This document shows, piece after piece, positions 52,261-61,627 of a stretch of DNA of 64,000 bases (its first letter is position 1; each line of letters begins with the position of its first letter). The notes under the pieces were generated by a model, which did not search any database, was not told the origin of the DNA, and worked only from the letters and a program-made list of their open reading frames with translations. This stretch comes from a virus: positions 1-64,000 of IMG/VR virus record IMGVR_UViG_3300030380_005342. The stretch is one strand, 5' to 3'. The position numbers and the translations under genes are program-made.

Positions 52261-53580
52261 ATGTTAAAGTTTAGAAAGTTTTACCTATCTGAAATGGCGA
52301 CAAGGGAAATCAGTGTCTCTGAGTTTCCTAATCCCCTTCGTGGAAGAATCAAAAATATCTTTCAAAAGAAAGGTGAAATGGATGGGGCGGACGCTGACGA
52401 TAAAGTAAAAACAAAGTTTAGAGGGTGGGGTGCAAACCAACTGAAACCCTCACAATCTGCAATCTATCTCGGCAAATCACTCGGCATGGCTGTGGGTGGT
52501 GTCAAGGGTGGCAACTTAGGATCTATGGTTTCTGGTGACAATCATATTCTTGACGGACACCATCGTTGGGCTGCTACTCTGCTGGCTGAACCAAAGGCAA
52601 AGATTTTTGGAACCGAGGTTCAACTCGGTATTGGTGATCTAGTCCCTGTGCTTCGCTCCTTGGGTGATGCCTTTGGAAACAAACGTAGAGGTGAACCGGC
52701 TGGCGGTGATGTCAACATTTACAAGGCAACAATCAAAGATGCTTTGGATGCCATCTATCAAGGCAAAAATATGAATCCAAAGTTTTATGATAAAAACAAA
52801 GCAGTGGCTTGGTTAGAAAGTATTGGCGGGGAGCCAGAACTTGAGCGAAGACTGAAATTCATTCAATCTAAAAAACCACCAAGTGGCGCACCTCCTCGTA
52901 ATCAAATGCCTGTCATTGATGCAGACTCAGGAGAGGATAAATTAGCGGCAACTTTATTGCAACGTGGTAGCCTTGATGTTCGTCCCCCATACGCAAAAGT
53001 TGAAGAAGAAATTCAACTGGCAAAAAGAAAATTTATTAAAGTTCCTACAAACCTGCTTGGACGAAATAACGATATTACAAAAGAAATTTTTGGAATCATT
53101 GATAAAACATATAAAAATATTGGCGGATACCCAGACTTTAAAAAACCGACCGACCTTCCAGATAATCACACAGACTGGTATGCAGCAGACATGGACAAAG
53201 ACCCGGACGCTGACATCACTACCTTTGGAAAGTTTAAGGCAGGTAATTTTAAGTTAACTGGTGCTGCGTCTGATGGTTCAGAACCATCCAAAGTGTTTCT
53301 TGTGAATAAACTTGGTAAGTTGATGAACACATCTGGCAACTATGCAGAAGCCAGTGACGCTCTCGCCCATGTTTTAATCACAAGAAAAAAAGTCCCTTTC
53401 GTTGGTGATGAAGAAAGTATTCAAAAACTTCTTCCGGGCAAATCATTTAGATTTGTTGGAGAACACCCAAACGGAAAATACCCCGGCTACAACGGTTGGT
53501 ATGAACGTGATATTGCAGGGAAAAAACACCTTAAGATTATTTTAGGTAATCCTAAAGGAGTTAAGGTACAAAGGGCTTGA
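52261..53580 (+). CDS. Two-domain protein with ParB/Srx-like N-terminal domain
   Basis: LKPSQ..I and ILDGHHRWAA ParB-type motif; N-terminus MLKFRKFYLSE resembles a capsid-targeting sequence. Confidence 0.6.
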   Translation: MLKFRKFYLSEMATREISVSEFPNPLRGRIKNIFQKKGEMDGADADDKVKTKFRGWGANQLKPSQSAIYLGKSLGMAVGGVKGGNLGSMVSGDNHILDGHHRWAATLLAEPKAKIFGTEVQLGIGDLVPVLRSLGDAFGNKRRGEPAGGDVNIYKATIKDALDAIYQGKNMNPKFYDKNKAVAWLESIGGEPELERRLKFIQSKKPPSGAPPRNQMPVIDADSGEDKLAATLLQRGSLDVRPPYAKVEEEIQLAKRKFIKVPTNLLGRNNDITKEIFGIIDKTYKNIGGYPDFKKPTDLPDNHTDWYAADMDKDPDADITTFGKFKAGNFKLTGAASDGSEPSKVFLVNKLGKLMNTSGNYAEASDALAHVLITRKKVPFVGDEESIQKLLPGKSFRFVGEHPNGKYPGYNGWYERDIAGKKHLKIILGNPKGVKVQRA

Positions 53581-53604
53581 CAAGAGGAAATCGAATGGTA
53601 GAGT
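53577..53604 (+). promoter_or_regulatory. sigma70-type promoter with extended -10
   Basis: TTGACA (53577-82), 16 nt, TG-n-TAGAGT (53599-604), 6 nt to ATG. Confidence 0.65.
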
Positions 53605-53610
53605 GTTCCT

Positions 53611-54144
53611 ATGAACATCTTTGCAGTAGACGAACATCCCATTCGTGCCGCTCATCAAATGGTGGACAAGCACGTTGTCAAAATGATTCTAGAAGCAGGT
53701 CAAATGCTGTCCACCTCTCATCGTGTTCTTGACGGTGATGAGTATTACGACCGAACAAAAAACAATAGACGTATCAAGCGTTGGCGACTGAGCGATGAGC
53801 GTGAAGATAAACTTTGGAAAGCATCCTTTGTCGGTCATCCCTGCACGCAGTGGACGATGGAAAGTCGTATGAACTATCGGTGGCACGCGACTCACGCTCT
53901 GGCTCTCTGCCGTGAGTATACACACCGATACGAAAAGGTTCACAACTCACAAGGTTTGATTGAATATCTTTTTAATCGTGAACCTCAAAATATCAAAGAG
54001 GGTAAACTTACAAAGTTTGCCGTTGCAATGCCTGATCAGTATAAGGTAGAATGCTCTGTAGAATCTTACAGAAACTATTACAGAGGAGAAAAGGCTTACT
54101 TTGCAAAATGGAAAAAACGTGAAGTACCCGAATGGTGGCAATGA
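53611..54144 (+). CDS. Pyrimidine-dimer DNA glycosylase (endonuclease V)-like protein
   Basis: MNIF..D..P..AA...DKHVVKM.LE..Q.LST, HPCT.W, EY..RY.K.H, AMP, YR.YY...K..FA.W. Confidence 0.7.
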   Translation: MNIFAVDEHPIRAAHQMVDKHVVKMILEAGQMLSTSHRVLDGDEYYDRTKNNRRIKRWRLSDEREDKLWKASFVGHPCTQWTMESRMNYRWHATHALALCREYTHRYEKVHNSQGLIEYLFNREPQNIKEGKLTKFAVAMPDQYKVECSVESYRNYYRGEKAYFAKWKKREVPEWWQ

Positions 54145-55115
54145 GTAAAAAATTAAATGTATTGATTACAGGTGGAGCGGGCTACATTGGTAGTCACGTT
54201 TCACTCGCGTTCTTAGATGCCGGTCATAGAGTTACAGTGTTTGATCGAAATGAAAAAAACTGTAAGAGCCTCAAAAAAAGTCTAGGCAGACGAAAGAACA
54301 TCAGAATCTATAACTGTGATTTAGGTGACAGCGTTTACCTTGACGGTGTTCTTTCCGAAGGTATCGACACTGTGATTCATTGTGCTGGTCCCAATCAAGT
54401 AAGAGAATCCATAGACTCACCCCTTTCTGTGTATCACGATGTGGTTGGAAAGACACTGACATTGTTGGATGCGATGAGAAAGCATGGCGTGATGTCATTT
54501 GTTTATACCTCAAGTGCAGCAGTATATGGTCGTGTTAAAAATGGTGCGGCACTTGAAACAGCCCACTGTAAACCAATCACACCATACGGAGAATCAAAGT
54601 TGATGATCGAAACGATCATGAACAAATACAGAAGATCTAATCCTAGTTTTTCTTTTGCATCACTTAGAGTTTTCAATGCCGCAGGGAATAATCTATCTGC
54701 TAAGGTAACTCCAAAACAAAATTCAATCATTAGCAAATTAATTAACTCCGCTATGAGTAAAAAAGTTTGTAACATTTATGGGCATGAGCATCAAACATCA
54801 GACGGTTATGCTTGTAGAGATTTTGTTCACATTGATGATGTTGCAAAAGCACATGTTCTTGCCGCTGAAAAAAATGCCTGTGGTATTTTTAATGTAGGTA
54901 ATGGTGTCGAAACAAGTCTGTGGGATTTGATTGCAGATGTTGTTTCAGTTACACAGAAAGAAATTGACATCTCTAAGAATAAACCACATAATGGTGACGT
55001 TGCCTCAATTGTATCTGATTGTAGTAAAATCAAAGAGATAATGAGTTGGGAACCAACATTTACACTTAGAGAGATGATTGAAACATCTCTCAAATCTTAT
55101 AAAAAAGGAGAATAA
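54141..55115 (+). CDS. galE: UDP-glucose 4-epimerase (GalE-like)
   Basis: LITGGAGYIGSH, ES...PL..Y, SSAAVYG, PYG.SK (YxxxK), LR.FNA.G, DG...RDF.H..D.A.AH. ATGA overlap suggests start at 54141. Confidence 0.85.
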   Translation: MSKKLNVLITGGAGYIGSHVSLAFLDAGHRVTVFDRNEKNCKSLKKSLGRRKNIRIYNCDLGDSVYLDGVLSEGIDTVIHCAGPNQVRESIDSPLSVYHDVVGKTLTLLDAMRKHGVMSFVYTSSAAVYGRVKNGAALETAHCKPITPYGESKLMIETIMNKYRRSNPSFSFASLRVFNAAGNNLSAKVTPKQNSIISKLINSAMSKKVCNIYGHEHQTSDGYACRDFVHIDDVAKAHVLAAEKNACGIFNVGNGVETSLWDLIADVVSVTQKEIDISKNKPHNGDVASIVSDCSKIKEIMSWEPTFTLREMIETSLKSYKKGE

Positions 55116-55117
55116 AA

Positions 55118-55738
55118 ATGCCAACAACAACATCCAATCTTTACGGGGATATTCCTGATCCAAATGAAAAACCAAATACCCCCGACAAAATCGAGGACGA
55201 AAAGTTCATTATGAATCCAGAAGACAAAGATCCCACGGCAGCAACGGGTCTTCCAAGCGTAGATGAAGCGTACGAAATGCGAAGACGAATCCTGAACCAA
55301 AGGAATTCACCAACACCTGCCCAAGAAGTTATTGAGGAGAGTGTAAGCAGAGATGAATTGAATAGTCTTGTTAATAATCTTTCCACCGCTGTTCAAAAAC
55401 AATTTCTCAGGGTCATGATGGGACAAAAAATTGAAACAGAATCTATTAGTCAAATTATGAAAGAATCAAATGCTTCGAATGAAGATTTACTAAACTTATT
55501 GGTTGCCTTTGAAAAACCACTTGAACAATTAGTTACGGTTATCAACAACCCCGAGTCAGAGATTGCTAAGAAGTATTCTTTTATGAAAAAAGAGCAGATC
55601 GTTGAGATGGAATCCGTATTGAAATCTCTTGCAAATGATATCAAAGAGAAGTATGATGATGACACGGTGAAAGAAATCGAAGATAAAATTACTGGATGGT
55701 TTACAAAAAGTGATGAAGGAGAAACCACGGAATCTTAA
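55118..55738 (+). CDS. Hypothetical protein
   Basis: 206 aa ORF with strong SD AAGGAG. Confidence 0.6.
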   Translation: MPTTTSNLYGDIPDPNEKPNTPDKIEDEKFIMNPEDKDPTAATGLPSVDEAYEMRRRILNQRNSPTPAQEVIEESVSRDELNSLVNNLSTAVQKQFLRVMMGQKIETESISQIMKESNASNEDLLNLLVAFEKPLEQLVTVINNPESEIAKKYSFMKKEQIVEMESVLKSLANDIKEKYDDDTVKEIEDKITGWFTKSDEGETTES

Positions 55739-55739
55739 A

Positions 55740-55922
55740 ATGAAAAAGAAAAAGCACAATAAAAGAAACAATGATCGCAAGAACTTTGGCGGTCGTGATC
55801 GTGGCGAAAAGTTTAGCAATAAACGATCCATGCGAAACAATGATCAACAAATTATTCGAAACATGGAGAGAGGAAAAATTAACGTGGAAGATTTAGAGGA
55901 CTACTACGATGACCACAGTTAA
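55740..55922 (+). CDS. Small basic hypothetical protein
   Basis: MKKKKHNKR... with acidic tail; fills the gap before gp45 (ORF track start 55710). Confidence 0.5.
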   Translation: MKKKKHNKRNNDRKNFGGRDRGEKFSNKRSMRNNDQQIIRNMERGKINVEDLEDYYDDHS

Positions 55923-55935
55923 AGGAACTAATACA

Positions 55936-56625
55936 ATGAAACTGTCGAAACAAACCTTTGCCATTCTAAAAAGTATGGCAGGCATCAACTCAAATATTCA
56001 TGTGCTTCCGGGCAATGAACTTGTCTGTGTCAACGCAGGCAAGAGCATTATGTTCAATGCAAAAGTTGAAGAAAACTTTGCAACTGAGTTTGCCATCTGG
56101 GATTTGAGTCAGTTTCTCGGAACCTACTCATTGTTCAACGACCCAACGGTGGACTTTGGCAGCACATCACTTCGCATCGAGTCCGGTCGCCAGTCTTGTG
56201 AATACAATTATGCAGACCCACGACTTGTCGAGGGATGCCGACCACCGAGCAAGTTAAATCTTCCAGAGATTAAAGTGACCTTTGACTTGTCGCAGCAAGA
56301 GATCAACGACATTTTGCGTGCGTCTGCCGTGATGCAACTTGCCGATATCATGTTCACGAACGAAGAGAACAAGGTGAAGGTGGTTGTGTTCGATAAGGAA
56401 AAAGCAAACTCAACCAACAAGTATGAGATTGAAGTCACTCCGACCGATATGGAATCAAGTGCATCTTTCAAGATTTACATGAAGTCAGATTTGTTAAAGG
56501 TGCTTCCGGGTGACTATGAATTCAATCTGTGTGAGAAGTTGGCGATCTTGTTGAAGCACAAGGACATTGATGCTAACTATACTCTTGCTGTGACCAATGA
56601 CTCTGTTTACAATGGGATGTTTTGA
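55936..56625 (+). CDS. gp45: Sliding clamp gp45
   Basis: MKLS..T..ILK....IN, A...E.F...FAI.DL..FL, Y.YADP, LK.LPGDY; SD AAGGA supports start at 55936. Confidence 0.95.
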   Translation: MKLSKQTFAILKSMAGINSNIHVLPGNELVCVNAGKSIMFNAKVEENFATEFAIWDLSQFLGTYSLFNDPTVDFGSTSLRIESGRQSCEYNYADPRLVEGCRPPSKLNLPEIKVTFDLSQQEINDILRASAVMQLADIMFTNEENKVKVVVFDKEKANSTNKYEIEVTPTDMESSASFKIYMKSDLLKVLPGDYEFNLCEKLAILLKHKDIDANYTLAVTNDSVYNGMF

Positions 56626-57569
56626 TGCTAACAACTGAACAACACTTATGGGTCGAGAAGTTTCGACCACAATCAATCAAGGATTGTATCCTCCCCGGTG
56701 GCTTGAAAGAAACACTTCAAGCCATTGTGGATTCTGGTGAGATGCACAATCTTTTGTTTTCTGGTGGACCGGGGTGTGGCAAGACCACGGCTGCGATTGC
56801 CATGTGCAAAGAGATGGGTGCAGAGTATATCAAAATTAACTGCTCCGAAGATGGCAACATTGACACGCTGCGAACACGAATTCGTGACTTTGCTACATCT
56901 CAGTCTTTGACTGGTGATAAGAAAGTCGTGATCCTTGATGAGTTTGACTATGCAAATGCAAATAGTTTTCAACCTGCGTTGCGTGGTTTCATCGAAGAGT
57001 TCTCGATCAACTGTCGCTTCGTCTTGACCTGTAACTTCAAGAATCGAATCATCGAGCCGCTGCATTCCCGATGCACATGTGTTGACTTCCGCTTCACGAA
57101 GGAGGAGCAGATGAAGATGGGGTCGCAGTTCTTGAAGCGACTGGAAGGCATCCTGCAAGGCGAGAGCGTCCACTATGACGGTCGTGTGATCGCCAAGTTG
57201 ATCATGCGTCATGCTCCTGACTGGAGGCGTATCCTGAACGAGTGTCAACGTTACTCTGCCTCCGGTGAGATCGATGTCGGCATCTTGACGGAGATCGGTG
57301 ATGTTGGTATTCACTCGCTCATGGATATCTTGAAGAACAAAGACTTCTCCAAGTTGCGTGGTTGGGTGGTTGACAACGGCAGCAACGAGCAAGCACAAAT
57401 CTATCGCAAGATTTATGATTCGTTGGGTGAGAATCTGAAACCACAATCCGTGCCAGCGGTGATTCTGATTCTGGCAAATTATCAATACAAGGCTGCGTTT
57501 GCCGCTGATTCGGAGATCAACATGATGGCGTGCCTTACTGAAATCATGATGGAGGCAGAGTTCAAGTGA
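56625..57569 (+). CDS. gp44: Clamp loader ATPase subunit gp44
   Basis: LWVEKFRP..I.DCILP, G.PG.GKTT, LDEFD, ALRGF.EEF..NCRF.LTCN...II.PLHSRC, PD.RR.LNE.QRY. Confidence 0.97.
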   Translation: MLTTEQHLWVEKFRPQSIKDCILPGGLKETLQAIVDSGEMHNLLFSGGPGCGKTTAAIAMCKEMGAEYIKINCSEDGNIDTLRTRIRDFATSQSLTGDKKVVILDEFDYANANSFQPALRGFIEEFSINCRFVLTCNFKNRIIEPLHSRCTCVDFRFTKEEQMKMGSQFLKRLEGILQGESVHYDGRVIAKLIMRHAPDWRRILNECQRYSASGEIDVGILTEIGDVGIHSLMDILKNKDFSKLRGWVVDNGSNEQAQIYRKIYDSLGENLKPQSVPAVILILANYQYKAAFAADSEINMMACLTEIMMEAEFK

Positions 57570-58423
57570 GTGACATTGGAATTATTGGAAATGGTTTTGT
57601 TGGTGGAGCAGTGGCATATGGTTTCCGTGATCAAAAACCTCTAGTCTACGATATTAATCCAGACGCATCCACTCACAGTTTTGATGATGTTGCAAACTGC
57701 AAGTACCTTTTCATCTGCTTGCCCACACCGATGGTAAGTGAAACTGGAGGCGAGGCAAACACCAGCATCGTTGAGGAATGCTTGGAGAAACTATATCAAA
57801 ACAGAGAGCAAGTAATCATGCTCAAGTCTACCGTTCCGGTTGGCACGACTAAACTGTTGTCTCAGAAGCATCGCCTAAGAAACTTGGTTCATTGTCCTGA
57901 GTTCTTGACCGCTGCAAACGCAAAGTATGACTTTGTAAATGCTGATAGGACTGTGATCGGATCTCCATATCTCAGAGATGGTATTGAAGAAAAATATTCC
58001 GAAATGGCAAAGGAACTATTCTTAAAAGTTTTTCCCGACATCCCCGTTTACACCATGTCATCATGTGAGTCAGAGATGGTAAAGTATACGGCTAACTGTT
58101 TCCTTGCAACCAAGGTTGGTTTCTTCAATATGATTTTTATGCTTGGCGAAAAGATGGGCTTGGACTACAATCGTGTCCTTGAAGGAGTCTTGGCTGATCC
58201 TAGAATTGGCAGATCACACACGGCAGTACCCGGTCCCGATGGAGACTATGGATTCGGTGGCACATGTTTTCCCAAAGATGTAAATGCGATGATTACAACT
58301 TTGCAAAATAATCACATCTCGTCTTACATTTTAGAGTCTGTTTGGAGAGACAATATGAAATACAGAAAAAACTGGGACTGGGCAAATAACACATCAGCAG
58401 TGAGAGCAAATGAAACTCGGTGA
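57566..58423 (+). CDS. UDP-glucose/GDP-mannose dehydrogenase family protein (short form)
   Basis: IIG.GFVG, FIC.PTP, KSTVPVGTT, PEFL, E..KY..N.FLATK, D.RIG, catalytic GFGGTCFPKD; 285 aa. Confidence 0.9.
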   Translation: MSDIGIIGNGFVGGAVAYGFRDQKPLVYDINPDASTHSFDDVANCKYLFICLPTPMVSETGGEANTSIVEECLEKLYQNREQVIMLKSTVPVGTTKLLSQKHRLRNLVHCPEFLTAANAKYDFVNADRTVIGSPYLRDGIEEKYSEMAKELFLKVFPDIPVYTMSSCESEMVKYTANCFLATKVGFFNMIFMLGEKMGLDYNRVLEGVLADPRIGRSHTAVPGPDGDYGFGGTCFPKDVNAMITTLQNNHISSYILESVWRDNMKYRKNWDWANNTSAVRANETR

Positions 58424-58787
58424 TTACCTAAACGCAATCAACTACTCCAAGGATGATCTCTTTGCGGACGAGGAAGCCGCGAAAGGGTATGTTCCATTTA
58501 TTGTGAACCGGAGCCTATCTTACTTTCCTGACACGATCCTACAAGCAAATGACATGAATATTCATGCAGATTTAGGTAAGCAAGAACAGTTTGATTATCT
58601 ACGCCACTCGATCAGAAAGCGTAGACGGTTCAGCAAATGGCTTAAAAAGACAGAGGACAAACGAATCGAGTCCGTAAAAATTTTCTACAATCTGGGTACA
58701 AAAAAAGCCCTTGAGTCCATGAGAGTTTTGTCGGACAGACAGATTGACGAAATCCACGATTATGTTCTAAAAATGCAAGGCTCCTAA
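58410..58787 (+). CDS. gp62: Clamp loader small subunit gp62
   Basis: DYLN.IN..K, Y.PFIVNR.LSYF.D....AN.MN, Q.DY....IRK..RFS.W.K. Confidence 0.95.
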   Translation: MKLGDYLNAINYSKDDLFADEEAAKGYVPFIVNRSLSYFPDTILQANDMNIHADLGKQEQFDYLRHSIRKRRRFSKWLKKTEDKRIESVKIFYNLGTKKALESMRVLSDRQIDEIHDYVLKMQGS

Positions 58788-58813
58788 ATACAATTGTGGG
58801 TTGACCACATTGT
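58784..58813 (+). promoter_or_regulatory. Late promoter CTAAATA plus leader hairpin upstream of regA
   Basis: CTAAATA 58784-90; ACAA(T)TGTGG-GTTGA-CCACATTGT stem 58790-58813 just before GGAG SD. Confidence 0.45.
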
Positions 58814-58822
58814 TATGGAGTT

Positions 58823-59248
58823 ATGATGGAAAAATTAGAATCTATTGTAGAGTCTCTGGTAGAAGTCACGCTCAAAGATCCAGAAGACTTTTTGAAAGTA
58901 AGAGAAACGTTGACCCGTATTGGTGTCTCTTCTCGCGTGGGTAACAAGTTATATCAATCTTGTCATATTCTTCACAAGCGTGGAAAGTATTACATTACGC
59001 ACTTCAAAGAACTTTTTGCACTTGATGGGCTTCCATCTAAAATGACAGAGGAAGATTTCGGCAGAAGAAATACCATTGTTGGTCTATTGACTGAATGGGG
59101 ACTCATTGATATTGTGGATGGAAATAAATGCCAAGAACCTTTAACATCCATGAGAAAAATTAAAATTATTTCTCACAAAAACAGACACGAGTGGGAGTTG
59201 ATACCTAAGTATCACATTGGGAAAAAACCATCTAAAGACGAAGAATAA
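58823..59248 (+). CDS. regA: Translational repressor RegA
   Basis: EV.L..P.DFLKVRETLTRIGV.S, LYQSCHILHK.G.YYI.HFKELFALDG, RRNTI..LL..WGL, W.L.PKY.IG. Confidence 0.98.
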   Translation: MMEKLESIVESLVEVTLKDPEDFLKVRETLTRIGVSSRVGNKLYQSCHILHKRGKYYITHFKELFALDGLPSKMTEEDFGRRNTIVGLLTEWGLIDIVDGNKCQEPLTSMRKIKIISHKNRHEWELIPKYHIGKKPSKDEE

Positions 59249-59265
59249 AATAAAAGGATTATATT

Positions 59266-60171
59266 ATGAAATACCTAGTGACTGGCGGGGCTGGATTTAT
59301 TGGATCTAATATTGTTTCTACTTTGCTTGAGGGTGGACATCAGGTCATAGTGATTGATAACGAATCATCTGATGCACATCACACCTTTTACTGGCAAGAC
59401 CTAGCAGAAAATCATAAGTTAGATATTTGTGATTACGAAAAGATTCTACCTCTTTTTGATGGTGTAGATACAGTGTTTCATTGTGCAGCGGAGGCAAGGA
59501 TTCAACCTGCCATAATTAACCCACTACTCGCAGTCAAAACAAATTCGTATGGCACATGCTCAGTGTTACAAGCAGCCAGAGAAATGGGCGTTCGTAGAGT
59601 TGTTTACTCATCAACCTCTTCGGCTTATGGTTTAGAAAACGTTCCACCAAATGTTGAAACCCAACGAGAGGACTGCCTAAATCCATACTCGGTATCAAAA
59701 GTTTCTGGCGAAAAACTTTGCAAAATGTATTACGATTTGTTTGGTTTAGAAACCATCGTGTTTAGATACTTCAATGTTTATGGTGAGCGTCAGCCTCTCA
59801 AGGGTCAGTATGCTCCTGTCGTTGGATTATTTTTAGAGCAGTGGAAGAAAGGCGAACCCCTTACCATTGTCCCTGACGGAGAACAACGAAGAGACTACAC
59901 TCATGTTTCAGATGTCGTGTTTGCAAACATACTTGCATCAACGGTTCGTAAAAATGCTTGTGGTGAAGTTTACAATGTGGGAACCGGAACAAATTTTTCT
60001 GTAAATGAACTTGCAAAAATGATTTCTGATAATACAATCATGATTGAACCACGACTAGGAGAGGCAAGAGTGACTTTGGCAAACAATAATAAGTTGCGTA
60101 GAGTGATGCGATGGGAGCCAACAGTCAAACTCGAAGAGTGGGTAAAAAATGAAAAGGAGAGAATCAAATGA
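59266..60171 (+). CDS. NAD-dependent nucleotide-sugar epimerase/dehydratase
   Basis: LVTGGAGFIGS, VFH.AA, YSSTSSAYG, PY..SK, RYFNVYG.RQ, DG.Q.RDYTHV.DV. Confidence 0.93.
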   Translation: MKYLVTGGAGFIGSNIVSTLLEGGHQVIVIDNESSDAHHTFYWQDLAENHKLDICDYEKILPLFDGVDTVFHCAAEARIQPAIINPLLAVKTNSYGTCSVLQAAREMGVRRVVYSSTSSAYGLENVPPNVETQREDCLNPYSVSKVSGEKLCKMYYDLFGLETIVFRYFNVYGERQPLKGQYAPVVGLFLEQWKKGEPLTIVPDGEQRRDYTHVSDVVFANILASTVRKNACGEVYNVGTGTNFSVNELAKMISDNTIMIEPRLGEARVTLANNNKLRRVMRWEPTVKLEEWVKNEKERIK

Positions 60172-60863
60172 TCGGTGGCGAAAACGTTGATGAAACAAGA
60201 GTGAATCTACTAGAAACCAGAACTCGATGGATAAACGTATCAAAAGATACTGAAAAGGCATCACAAATGGTTGAACTCCTTGGTGATAAAAATTTTACAA
60301 ACCATGAGAGATTTAATGCACTAACAGAAGATGCAGAGTTTGGGTGGACAAAGGAAAAAAGCCCAGAGTGGTTTGTGACTCACATGTGTGGACTTTCACA
60401 TCGTAAACTTTTGATGGAAACCATTATCAAGGATGACAAACCCGTTCTTATTTTAGAGGATGATGTTGAGATTGAACATCCAACATGGATGGATGAAATC
60501 CCAGTTCCCCGAGATGCAGACGCAGTATATCTTGGCACTTCTCACAGCGACATGAGATACAGGGCAGAGGATCACGGCAATGGTTGGAATAAAATTACGG
60601 GAGTGTTTGGAACACACGCCATCTTACACTTGAATAAAAAGTATGCCTCAGAGATGTGTATCATGATTGAAAGATGCGTTAAAAATAATCATCCATTTGA
60701 TGTTTCATTGGCAAAGGATCTACAAGGGAGATTTAATGTATACGCACCATACTCTCCATTCTTTTATCAAGCAGACTCAAAAAATACCACAAATAAGTAT
60801 GAGGCTATTACAAGACCGCCACTTACTCAACAAAAAAAGTTTACGCTTGGAACATTTAAATAA
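60168..60863 (+). CDS. Glycosyltransferase, family 25-like
   Basis: WIN, RF.A, C.LSH, LILEDD, YLG, THAI motifs. Confidence 0.7.
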   Translation: MIGGENVDETRVNLLETRTRWINVSKDTEKASQMVELLGDKNFTNHERFNALTEDAEFGWTKEKSPEWFVTHMCGLSHRKLLMETIIKDDKPVLILEDDVEIEHPTWMDEIPVPRDADAVYLGTSHSDMRYRAEDHGNGWNKITGVFGTHAILHLNKKYASEMCIMIERCVKNNHPFDVSLAKDLQGRFNVYAPYSPFFYQADSKNTTNKYEAITRPPLTQQKKFTLGTFK

Positions 60864-60865
60864 TC

Positions 60866-61627
60866 ATGCCAGTATCTTTTAATAATCCAACTTGGAGACT
60901 TGGCAACCAAATGTTCCAGTATGCTGCGACACTTGGTGTTGTTGAAAAAATCAATACACATGGTAATTTTGCGATTGATAACACATATCTCTCCGAGTGT
61001 TTTGAACTAGGCTCCTTGAAAAATGCGAGAGTGTTTGCAAACAATCTTTATCAAGAACCTCGTTTTGATTTCTGTGATGATATTTTTAGAATTGATCCCA
61101 ACTTACATACAGATCTACAAGGTTACTTTCAGACTGAAAAATACTTTGACCACTGTAGCGGAAGAGTAAAGGCTGATTTTACTTTTAAAGAAAATATTAG
61201 ACATAAAGTTTCTGAGGATTTACCAGTCGGTGTTCTTTGTTCTCTCCATGTGAGAAGGACAGACTATCTACAACTCGCACATGTCCACACAAATTTGCAA
61301 GTGGATTGGTATGAGAAAGCCTTCGAAAATCAAAAGGAATACTTTGGTGATGAACTTATCCCCGTGATATTTTCTGATGACATTGAGTGGTGTAAAGAAA
61401 ATTTATCACATCTTTCTGACGATACTTTCTTTTCAAATGGTGACACATACTATGATCTTTGCATGATGTCTTTTTGCAACGCTCACATAATTGCAAATAG
61501 TAGTTTTAGTTGGTGGGGTGCTTACCTTGGTGGGGGCAGAACAGTTGCACCAAAAGAATGGTTTGGAGAAAGTAATCCTCACGGGGATTGGAAAGATATT
61601 TACTGCGATGGATGGGTGATCATTTGA
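60866..61627 (+). CDS. Glycosyltransferase family 11 (alpha-1,2-fucosyltransferase-like)
   Basis: RLGNQMFQYA, GYFQ.EKYF, LHVRR.DY, FSDD..WCK, DL..MS.C..HIIANSSFSWWGAYL. Confidence 0.92.
   Translation: MPVSFNNPTWRLGNQMFQYAATLGVVEKINTHGNFAIDNTYLSECFELGSLKNARVFANNLYQEPRFDFCDDIFRIDPNLHTDLQGYFQTEKYFDHCSGRVKADFTFKENIRHKVSEDLPVGVLCSLHVRRTDYLQLAHVHTNLQVDWYEKAFENQKEYFGDELIPVIFSDDIEWCKENLSHLSDDTFFSNGDTYYDLCMMSFCNAHIIANSSFSWWGAYLGGGRTVAPKEWFGESNPHGDWKDIYCDGWVII

Noticed and set aside
56673-57485. 270-aa antisense ORF opposite gp44
   Set aside because: Shadow of the codon bias in a conserved gene; no SD or motifs
60857-60862. TAAATA before GT11 (and at 26667)
   Set aside because: Overlaps a stop codon and lies only 3 nt (or 0 nt) from the ATG; probably coincidental
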